Assembly: GCA_964579205.1 (NCBI GenBank)
Contig: CAZOFH010000002.1
Coordinates: 92,088 to 156,087, forward strand
Direction of reading: 5' to 3'
Source: an uncultured Christensenella sp.
GTDB taxonomy: Bacteria > Bacillota > Clostridia > Christensenellales > UBA1242
Length of the DNA stretch: 64,000 nucleotides
The notes under the pieces were generated by a model. It had not been told where the DNA came from and ran no database searches. It saw only the letters and a list, made by a program, of their open reading frames with translations. Within the stretch, counting starts at the first letter, position 1. The number at the start of each line of letters is the position of its first letter. Below are positions 1 to 6,694 of the stretch, piece by piece. The position numbers and the translations under genes are program-made.

Positions 1-178
1 CGCGCAGCAGGTCGTCGATAGTCTCATAATGCAGATAAAAGGTCGAGCGATTTACGCCGGCCTTTTTGCAAATTTCTTTGACTGTGATAAAGTCGTATTC
101 TTTTTTGTTTAGCAATTCTATCAACGCCTGATTCATCAGCAGGGCTGTGTTGTAGTATTTACTTTCAGATTTGTTCAA
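1..178 (-). CDS. TetR/AcrR-family transcriptional regulator, N-terminal part (truncated by window edge)
   Basis: Reverse-strand read from TTG (178-176) gives (M)NKSESKYYNTALLMNQALIELLNKKEYDFITVKEICKKAGVNRSTFYLHYETIDDLL. This is the TetR_N helix-turn-helix signature (ITVxxIxxxAGVxRxTFYxHY). It is absent from the ORF track because there is no stop inside the window. Confidence 0.7.
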   Translation of the reverse strand, partial: MNKSESKYYNTALLMNQALIELLNKKEYDFITVKEICKKAGVNRSTFYLHYETIDDLLR

Positions 179-229
179 TCCTTAAAATGCTCCTTTTGGG
201 GTGTTTTTCGGTTGAAATTTGCGCTAAAA

Positions 230-583
230 TTACTCTTCTTCACTAATTTCGTTTGCTAGTCTGATAATGTCAGAACCGTATTTTTGCTTGCCCTTTTCAC
301 GCATTTTTTTGTAAATTGGGTAGGTGACAGCACAACCAGCGATTCCGACAATGCCTACAATGACGCCACCCAAGACAGCCCACAGGCCGCTAGCGATGAC
401 TTCCATAGCGAGACACATTCCAGTACCAAAAATCAAGCAGCAGCAAACGCCGAAAATGTAAGCGAAGATATTAGCGGGCATTTTTGCTTGAGCATCCAGT
501 TTTTTGAGTTGCTTTACCTTGGTGGTCTCCTTTGGAGCGTATTCGTTGGCAATGTGTTCTGCATAAATTTTATCTGTATTCAT
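230..583 (-). CDS. small membrane protein, function unknown
   Basis: 117-aa ORF with GGAGG (rc of 590-594) 6 nt upstream of the ATG. The hydrophobic core FAYIFGVCCCLIFGTGMCLAMEVIASGLWAVLGGVIVGIVGIAGCAV is flanked by Lys-rich segments. Confidence 0.6.
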   Translation of the reverse strand: MNTDKIYAEHIANEYAPKETTKVKQLKKLDAQAKMPANIFAYIFGVCCCLIFGTGMCLAMEVIASGLWAVLGGVIVGIVGIAGCAVTYPIYKKMREKGKQKYGSDIIRLANEISEEE

Positions 584-869
584 AAATTTCCTCCTTTTCA
601 GTACACGAGTAGTATATCACAAAGTTGTGTAAAATTACGCAACACAAAAAGCAAAAAGTGTTGATTTAAACAAAATTTAAGAAAAATTTAACTTTTGCAA
701 TGGGCAGGGTGCGGGGTGTGCCTTGCGTTTCTAGCAAAATCCAGTTCATCATATGGCGCCGCACAATCCCGCTCCGTTCAGCCCCCAAAAGGCAAATATG
801 GAGTGAAACCTGTAGTGGGCACTCGAGAAAAAGGACTTAGGAAAAAAATTTTATGTTTCTTCCTATGCT

Positions 870-962
870 TTAGCCTTTTTGTATTGTAAAACTCAAGCCG
901 TCTACTGCGTGAATATCGCCGAAACTCTTGTGCAAATCTTTGATTTCTATAATATTTTCCAC
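870..962 (-). pseudogene. remnant of an ABC-transporter ATP-binding protein (first 30 codons only)
   Basis: Hand translation of rc(962..870) gives V-ENIIEIKDLHKSFGDIHAVDGLSFTIQKG-stop. This is the canonical ABC ATPase N-terminus, ending exactly where the Walker A (GxxGxGKST) should follow. An AAGGGG RBS precedes the GTG. No continuation exists in any frame. Confidence 0.5.
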
Positions 963-1089
963 AATCCGCCCCTTTTTTGTCCTTATTATAGCACTTGTAC
1001 CGCCAAATTGCAAATTTTTGTAGCCAAATTATCCTGCTTGCTTAACATTTTCTTCTTATATTATTATGGGGACTTTCTCGCTTCTTGAA

Positions 1090-1520
1090 TAAACGGCTGC
1101 ACGCTATTGGGCTGATTGTCGCTACCCAATGCGCCGAATGGCGCATTAGTGGGTGCTTGAGCACCCACTAATAATACCCCCCGAAAAAGAACTGTCATCC
1201 TGAGCCCTCCCGCCTTGACGCAACTTACGTGAGGATCTCATCTGCCTTAGTAATGGCTGGGGACCCGACGAAGCGGCTTGCCGTTGTGTGTACTATCGCG
1301 CACACTATGCGCCATTCGGCACATCAGGCGCATTTGCGCCTGACGGCAATCCGTTCGTATGCGGCGTTGCCGCATACAACCTTCGCTCGGTCATCCCCGC
1401 GAGCACGTCTGCCTTTCACATCGGTTGTCATTCAGAGGACGCTGTCTGCGTCCGTGGAACCTGTGAGCCGTAGGCGAACCCCAAAAATGCACTTGCTTGC
1501 ACACTGCCCGAAGCGGGAGC
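1090..1520. repeat. GC-rich intergenic hairpin cluster (largest copy cluster of the dispersed element family)
   Basis: Five perfect hairpins: ATGCGCC-GAAT-GGCGCAT (1129-1146), TAGTGGGTGC-TTGA-GCACCCACTA (1147-1170), CAGGCGC-ATTT-GCGCCTG (1325-1342), GTATGCGGC-GTT-GCCGCATAC (1357-1377) and GGACGC-TGTCT-GCGTCC (1437-1453). It also carries the shared boxes GTCATCCTGAG (1194-1204), GCGGCTTGCCG (1273-1283) and the GTCATTCAGAGGA...CGAACCCC module (1427-1482). Confidence 0.6.
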
Positions 1521-1564
1521 ACCTTCAAAAAAATAAAAAGCCCCACACGAGGACTTTTTTAACT

Positions 1565-1639
1565 TGGTGCATCCAAGAGGAGTCGAACCCCTACTTCAAG
1601 CTCCGGAAACTTGCGTGCTATCCATTGCACTATGGATGC
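1565..1639 (-). tRNA. tRNA-Arg (anticodon CCG)
   Basis: rc is GCATCCATAGTGCAATGGATAGCACGCAAGTTTCCGGAGCTTGAAGTAGGGGTTCGACTCCTCTTGGATGCACCA. Acceptor stem GCATCCA/TGGATGC, D arm GTGC-AATGGATA-GCAC, anticodon arm CAAGT-TTCCGGA-GCTTG, T loop TTCGACT, encoded CCA. Confidence 0.9.
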
Positions 1640-1729
1640 ATAAAAAACATAAATTCGCATCTCAAACGCGCCATTTGCGGTCGAGATACCTATATTATAT
1701 ATGTTTTTTTACGAAAAATCAAGAGTTTT

Positions 1730-2161
1730 TCACAATAAACCCGTACTTCCGAACCCGCCGTCATTTCTATCCGTCTCGTCGAGGTCGTCCACAACTTGTG
1801 GAGCGCAGGTATAAAAAGGACAAATCACTAGTTGCGCGATTTTCTGCCCCTTTTCGACCACGTAGTCGCTTGCGTCGGTGTTGAGCATAATCACACAAAT
1901 TTCACCACGATAATTTGTGTCGATTGTGCCGGGGGAGTTGAGCACACACAGCCCGTTTTTGAGCGCCAAGCCACTTTTTGAGCGGACTTGCCCCTCGCAG
2001 CCTTTTGGCAACGCTAGCGCAACACCAGTGTGAACCAGTGCACGCCCGCCTGCAGGGATAGTGAGCGTCTCATCGCTAAACAAATCCATCCCCGAGTCGG
2101 TAGGGTGGGCGTATTCTGGTATTTTGGCTGAGTCGGTGAGTTTCTTAAATTTAACAGTCAT
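1730..2161 (-). CDS. dut: dUTP diphosphatase (trimeric dUTPase)
   Basis: 143 aa with dUTPase motifs AGGRALVHTG, SKSGLALKNG, GTIDTNYRGEI and GGFGSTG. AAGGAG RBS. Confidence 0.9.
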   Translation of the reverse strand: MTVKFKKLTDSAKIPEYAHPTDSGMDLFSDETLTIPAGGRALVHTGVALALPKGCEGQVRSKSGLALKNGLCVLNSPGTIDTNYRGEICVIMLNTDASDYVVEKGQKIAQLVICPFYTCAPQVVDDLDETDRNDGGFGSTGLL

Positions 2162-2170
2162 AAATACTCC

Positions 2171-3004
2171 TTAAAAACAAATTATCAGTCCGCGGTCTTG
2201 CGAATAAAAACTCGTCAACCCGCGCATCGGTTTGATAATAATTTCGCCAAATTTGCACCTTTCCATTAGCAAATCGCGGATTTTTTCGGCATCTGCCTGA
2301 TTGTTGTTGTGTGTGATGATGACTTTGCGGTCGGCGTAATCGGTGCATCTTTGTGCGCACAATTCAGTGAGTTTGCGGTATGCGTTTAGCGAACCAATCG
2401 CCTTGCTACACATATCAATGGTGCCCTCGGGCGACGCAGTGCAAATCGGCTTTATCAGCAGCGTTTTTGCTACAAGCCCTGCGAATTTACTCATCCTACC
2501 GTTTGCGATGAGGTTGTCGAACCGATGCAGAATAAAGAATAAATTCCGTGTGTTGATGAATTCATTGGTGCTTTCGGTGATTTCTGCCACTGTTTTGCCG
2601 TTTTCGATTTGGCTCACAATGTGGTCTACCACCAGTTCGAGAGTCCCTGAGGTTGATTTTGTGTTAAAAAGGATGATATTCTCCTTATTCGGCATCGAGT
2701 CACGCGCCACGCTAGCACTATTGTATGTGCCGCTCAATTTTTCCGTCATCGTTACGACGAAAGTATAATCAGCCTGCTCATACGCCTTTGTCCACGACTC
2801 TATGCTCGGGCAAGCGGTGCGAATTTGTTCCTTGGTCGTGTTGAGCGTGTGGGCAAGGGCAGGGACGTCGAGGTCGGGCGAGTCGACATATTCTTGGTCG
2901 CCCACATAAATAAATAACGGGATTATGCTAAATCCGATTTCTTTGCCAGCGAGGTAGTCGGGTGACATATCCGCGCTGCTATCTACCAAAATTTGATATT
3001 TCAT
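2171..3004 (-). CDS. DegV-family fatty-acid-binding protein
   Basis: MKYQILVDSSADMSPDYL... and KLSGTYNSA are typical of the DegV family. Start moved from the ORF-track 3028 to the ATG at 3004, which sits behind GGAGTAA. Confidence 0.85.
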   Translation of the reverse strand: MKYQILVDSSADMSPDYLAGKEIGFSIIPLFIYVGDQEYVDSPDLDVPALAHTLNTTKEQIRTACPSIESWTKAYEQADYTFVVTMTEKLSGTYNSASVARDSMPNKENIILFNTKSTSGTLELVVDHIVSQIENGKTVAEITESTNEFINTRNLFFILHRFDNLIANGRMSKFAGLVAKTLLIKPICTASPEGTIDMCSKAIGSLNAYRKLTELCAQRCTDYADRKVIITHNNNQADAEKIRDLLMERCKFGEIIIKPMRGLTSFYSQDRGLIICF

Positions 3005-3086
3005 TGTTACTCCTAAAAATTTTTTCAAAAAACTTGATTGCTTAATTATATAATTTGATGTATAATAGTCTCCATAAGGAGAAATT

Positions 3087-3794
3087 ATGAGTTATAAAAA
3101 AGAGAATGATACGAGTTTTGCACTAGGCGCTTTTGCCGTGTACGAGGCACTGCGTGCGCGCCCCAATTTGGTGCGCCGCATTTACACCAGCAGGGAATTG
3201 ACTATGACTGCTAAGATTTCTGCTATATTGGATTTGGCTCGAAAATTGCATATTGCGGTCGAGGACGGCTCCAAACTGCTCAAAAGAGTGGGTGGCAAGG
3301 ATAATATTTACCTAATGGCTGAGTTTGATAAATTCAGCGCCCCATTCGACAACTCGGACCAAATTGTCCTGCACAATCCCTCTGATATGGGCAATGTCGG
3401 CACGATTTTGCGTACTGCGCTCGGGTTCGGGGTAAAGAATGTCGCGATTATCAAGCCGTGTGTAGATGCCTTTCATCCGCGTGTCGTCCGCGCCTCGCAA
3501 GGTGCGATTTTTAGCCTAAACATTCGCGTTTTTGACTCTTGGGAAGACTATCTAGCCGAGAATTCGCAAATCACAAAGTACCTCTTTATGCTAGACCGCG
3601 ATGCGCAAGTTTTGCAGAAAACTCCTTGCCCGAACACTCCCAAAGCCCTAGTTTTCGGCAACGAAGCCACAGGGCTGCCAGCATCTCTCAAATCGTGCGG
3701 CATTCCGACAATTATTAGACACACTGCCGAGATTGATTCGTTGAATTTGGGAGTGGCGGTGAGTATCGCGCTATACCATTTTTCAAAGATATAA
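3087..3794 (+). CDS. TrmH/SpoU-family RNA 2'-O-methyltransferase
   Basis: SpoU_methylase motifs NPSDMGNVGTILRTALGFG, LVFGNEATGL and IDSLNLGVAVSIALY. AAGGAG RBS. Confidence 0.85.
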   Translation: MSYKKENDTSFALGAFAVYEALRARPNLVRRIYTSRELTMTAKISAILDLARKLHIAVEDGSKLLKRVGGKDNIYLMAEFDKFSAPFDNSDQIVLHNPSDMGNVGTILRTALGFGVKNVAIIKPCVDAFHPRVVRASQGAIFSLNIRVFDSWEDYLAENSQITKYLFMLDRDAQVLQKTPCPNTPKALVFGNEATGLPASLKSCGIPTIIRHTAEIDSLNLGVAVSIALYHFSKI

Positions 3795-3879
3795 ACCAAA
3801 CTGTTTTGTCGAGGATATAAATGGCGCGATGCTGCTTTGCAGCGCAAACCGCTAGACAGTTACAAGAGCAAATTCTTTC

Positions 3880-3930
3880 CTCTAATTGCTATTCCGAGGC
3901 CACATTGGCGTATGTCGTCCTCTGAATGGC
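3880..3930 (-). repeat. reverse-oriented copy of the GTCATTCAGAGGA-type module
   Basis: rc of 3914-3930 is GCCATTCAGAGGACGAC, followed on the minus strand by ...ATGTGGCCTCGG. It lies in a GC-rich patch between convergent genes. Confidence 0.45.
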
Positions 3931-4068
3931 ATTGCTGTGGAGACCTCTCGACCCCTATTAATTAATAATTGAAAAGGGAAATTTCTGCCTATTTTTATTC
4001 AGAGCGGGTGATGTACCGCGCAAAATCCGTTAGTCCTTTGTGCTAAAACAAAACCTAAAATAACAAAA

Positions 4069-4560
4069 TCAACTTCCCGCATCTTGATTTTCTTTTGCCT
4101 GCTCTTTAGTCTCGTTGTCATGCGGCGGCTGTGTCGGGGGTGTTTCGCTCGGTAATCCCATTCCCCGAGGGATGTCGGAGCCGTCAGCCTCCACGATGTC
4201 GTCAAACTCAGGATTGGCTTTGTCCCACTTTTTAAAATAATTCAGCCATAGTTGCGCTACTCCAAACGCAATAATGGCGACCCCAGCGCCCGCGCCGTAC
4301 CAGTGCAAGTATACAAAAAACACGATTGCCAACACTAGCAAAACGACCACGCTGCCGACACTCAGCACAACAGTCCTCCGAAAGGACTTTTTCTTTTGCT
4401 CGATGATGTCGTCTACCAAATATTTTGCGACCATATTTTGGTGGTCGGCGCGTTTTTTTGCCTCGGCAATTTCTGTATCAATATCTCGAGGTGCGTCGTC
4501 GGTGTCGTCGGTAGTCGCGTCAAAAACCTCAGGCTCGTTTTTTGATTCTCTAGGTAGCAT
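4069..4560 (-). CDS. membrane protein, function unknown (2 TM, acidic termini)
   Basis: 163-aa ORF with AAGGGGG RBS. TM segments VVLSVGSVVVLLVLAIVFFVYL and AGVAIIAFGVAQLWLNYF. Confidence 0.6.
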   Translation of the reverse strand: MLPRESKNEPEVFDATTDDTDDAPRDIDTEIAEAKKRADHQNMVAKYLVDDIIEQKKKSFRRTVVLSVGSVVVLLVLAIVFFVYLHWYGAGAGVAIIAFGVAQLWLNYFKKWDKANPEFDDIVEADGSDIPRGMGLPSETPPTQPPHDNETKEQAKENQDAGS

Positions 4561-4740
4561 ATGTTCGCCCCCTTTTATCCTTATTTATTATAAGCGAACG
4601 CGCCGATTTAGTCAATTTAATTTGACCAAGATTTTTGGCAGATTGCGCGATTTTTGCGATTTGGTGCCACAAAAAGCGATTTTTCATTGAATTCACGCGT
4701 CTTACAATTCATTTGCCACCGTGCGCGAGAGATTTTGCAA

Positions 4741-4774
4741 AAAAGAAAAGGTCCAATACTCTCGGTATTAGACC
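4741..4774 (-). terminator. rho-independent terminator downstream of tRNA-Gly
   Basis: Minus strand reads GGTCTAATAC-CGAGA-GTATTGGACC (10-bp stem with one G-U) followed by TTTTCTTTT. Confidence 0.7.
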
Positions 4775-4786
4775 CAACATCATCAA

Positions 4787-4860
4787 TGGAGCAGGTGAAG
4801 GGAATCGAACCCTCGTATCAAGCTTGGGAAGCTTGCGTTCTACCATTGAACCACACCTGC
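4787..4860 (-). tRNA. tRNA-Gly (anticodon CCC)
   Basis: rc is GCAGGTGTGGTTCAATGGTAGAACGCAAGCTTCCCAAGCTTGATACGAGGGTTCGATTCCCTTCACCTGCTCCA. Acceptor stem GCAGGTG/CACCTGC, D arm GTTC-AATGGTA-GAAC, anticodon arm CAAGC-TTCCCAA-GCTTG, T loop TTCGATT, encoded CCA. Confidence 0.9.
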
Positions 4861-4929
4861 AAATGATAGACTAATTGTACGCAAAAAATCTGCGTTTGTC
4901 AAGTGTTTTGCGCAAATCAGTCAAAAATG

Positions 4930-5412
4930 TTATCTATATTGCGCCCACGGCACGGCAGGAATGGTGTCGATGTCCTCACTTTCGATAAATTGCGGTACAT
5001 CGTAGTCCGTCTTTGTGATAGTTTTTTCCAAAAGAGACAGGGAAAAACTGTCGTCATCGACAAAAATATGATAGTGATTGCGTGCGTAAAAAGCGGGTGC
5101 CAATTCCTCGCCTTCGCCTTGCGGAAAGTATACGCCTTTGATTTGGTCGCAGCCATTTTGTAGTGCAAATTGCTCAAACAGCCCATTCATCACGCTCCCG
5201 ACACCCTTGCTGAGATACTCGGGGCACACATTGATGCCGCGCAAATCCGCCTGCCTGCACTTGCGCAAAATCTCAAAACCGAGGTAGCCTATCGGGGCGC
5301 TCTCCTTATCGTACGCCCAAATTTGATAAAAATTGTCAAACACCTCAGGAATTCGGAAAATTTGCAGCGAAATCTGCTGATTATCTTTGATTAAATATTC
5401 AAATTCTTGCAT
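4930..5412 (-). CDS. GNAT-family N-acetyltransferase (putative)
   Basis: 160 aa. The motif-A-like segment INVCPEYLSKGVGSVMNGLFEQFALQNG fits the GNAT acetyl-CoA binding core. No clear SD upstream. Confidence 0.55.
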   Translation of the reverse strand: MQEFEYLIKDNQQISLQIFRIPEVFDNFYQIWAYDKESAPIGYLGFEILRKCRQADLRGINVCPEYLSKGVGSVMNGLFEQFALQNGCDQIKGVYFPQGEGEELAPAFYARNHYHIFVDDDSFSLSLLEKTITKTDYDVPQFIESEDIDTIPAVPWAQYR

Positions 5413-5648
5413 ATTATTAGTATATCATAAGATGATGAATTTGTCAAATTTTGATTTTTTTGCGATAAAATTGGGGTATACGATAATGTTTGATGAGAGT
5501 GATTTTTTGGGAAATAAATTTTATCTAGCCAGTATAGGGAAGAAAAGAGAGTTTTGTCTAATTTTGGGATGCGGTGTTTTTGATAACGAATAGCGCGGTG
5601 GCTAAATAAAAATACATCAAAAAATCAAAAATAATTTGACGCAAACTC

Positions 5649-5703
5649 TTGACAGTGCGATTTTGGAGTGCTATAATTGACGCAAAGGTCAAAGAAAGTC
5701 AAA
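5649..5703 (+). promoter_or_regulatory. consensus sigmaA promoter followed by a CtsR operator
   Basis: TTGACA (5649-5654), 17 nt, TATAAT (5672-5677). Then GGTCAAA-GAA-AGTCAAA (5687-5703), which matches the CtsR heptad direct repeat (A/G)GTCAAA-NAN-(A/G)GTCAAA immediately upstream of ctsR. Confidence 0.8.
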
Positions 5704-5724
5704 CTTACAAAAGGGTGAATAAAA

Positions 5725-6186
5725 ATGAATATTTCTGATATGATAGAGGAGTTTATAAAGGAGACTTTGGGCGATTCGGAGAAATTGGATATTAGCCGCA
5801 ATGAGTTGGCGAGTTATTTTAATGTCGCCCCCAGCCAGATTAATTATGTGCTGACTACTAGGTTCAATTACGAGCGCGGATTTGTGACCGAATCAAAGCG
5901 CGGAGGCAATGGTTATGTGACCATTTTACGCACAGATGATAACGATAGCAAATGGATCAAGGAGATTTTGGCGCGCTTGAGTAATGATTTGGATTATCGC
6001 AGTGGGGTGTATTTGCTGACTGAATTGTGCGAGCGTGAATTGATTGATATCGGGCAGTGCGAGGTGCTAAAATCGGCGATTTCGCCGCCTGCGTTAGCCA
6101 ATCCGTTTCGGCTGGAAAATCACTTTCGGGCGCAAATTCTCAAGCGCGTGATTTTGGATGCAAAAAAAACAAAAAGTAAAAGTTGA
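5725..6186 (+). CDS. ctsR: class III stress-gene repressor CtsR
   Basis: MNISDMIEEFIKE..., PSQINYVLTTRF and ESKRGGNGYVTI are the CtsR wHTH and glycine-loop signatures. Position upstream of mcsA-clpC. Confidence 0.9.
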   Translation: MNISDMIEEFIKETLGDSEKLDISRNELASYFNVAPSQINYVLTTRFNYERGFVTESKRGGNGYVTILRTDDNDSKWIKEILARLSNDLDYRSGVYLLTELCERELIDIGQCEVLKSAISPPALANPFRLENHFRAQILKRVILDAKKTKSKS

Positions 6187-6196
6187 GGAGTAAAAA

Positions 6197-6691
6197 ATGT
6201 ATTATTGTGATAAATGTGGTCAGCCTGCCACCTTTCTCACTTGGGTGGAGATAAACGGCGAGCGAATGGAGCAGCACTTGTGCGGTAATTGTGCCAAAAA
6301 AGAGCGCGGGCTCAGCGATTTGATAGAGCCTATGGTGGGAGAATTCTTTGATTTTCCTGTCGCTTTCGGGCGCAAAAAACCGTCCAAACATCAGGGCGTT
6401 TGCCCGACTTGCGGATATACCGAGAGAGAATTTTGGCAGTCGGGATATTACAACTGTCCCGATTGTGCTCGGTATCTCAAAATGAATAATTATGCAAAAT
6501 CGCAAAAGGCGTTTGACGATACGCCGATGCCGATTGAAAAGGTCAAACTCAATATAAAAAAGCCGAGCGAAATGACTTTTGTAGACGATTTGCGTGCGCA
6601 ACTTCAAAAAGCGGTCAATGAGGAGCGTTATCAAGACGCTGCAGAATTAAAGAAAAAAATCGACGAAATCGAGAAATCAAAGGGGGAATAG
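6197..6691 (+). CDS. mcsA: McsA-like zinc-finger / UVR-domain protein
   Basis: Four CxxC pairs (CDKC, CGNC, CPTC, CPDC) in the McsA arrangement, plus a C-terminal UVR motif LRAQLQKAVNEERYQDAAELKKKIDEIE. Located between ctsR and clpC. Confidence 0.8.
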   Translation: MYYCDKCGQPATFLTWVEINGERMEQHLCGNCAKKERGLSDLIEPMVGEFFDFPVAFGRKKPSKHQGVCPTCGYTEREFWQSGYYNCPDCARYLKMNNYAKSQKAFDDTPMPIEKVKLNIKKPSEMTFVDDLRAQLQKAVNEERYQDAAELKKKIDEIEKSKGE

Positions 6692-6694
6692 AGA

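Noticed and set aside
1454-1482. The 3' box ...G(G/T)CGAACCCC is the reverse complement of a tRNA T-loop-like GGGGTTCG(A/C)C, which suggests a tRNA-derived (SINE-like) element.
   Set aside because: No complementary T-stem, acceptor or anticodon arm can be drawn around it in either orientation. The resemblance is limited to about 10 nt.
1090-1560. Possibility that the 450-nt GC-rich block is a known large ncRNA (RNase P, SRP/4.5S, 6S, or an OLE/ROOL/GOLLD-type RNA next to a tRNA).
   Set aside because: I could not find the hallmark motifs, for example GAGGAAAGTCC for RNase P or the SRP domain IV loop. Parts of the block recur as modules at other loci, which fits a repeat family better. A covariance-model scan is still needed to be sure.
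1229-1884. ORF-track ORFs of 169, 61 and 106 aa on the plus strand (1229-1738, 1288-1473, 1564-1884).
   Set aside because: They run through the GC-rich hairpin cluster, across tRNA-Arg and antisense to dut. They have no RBS, and their products are Arg/Ala/Pro/His-rich, which is typical of translated GC-rich repeats.
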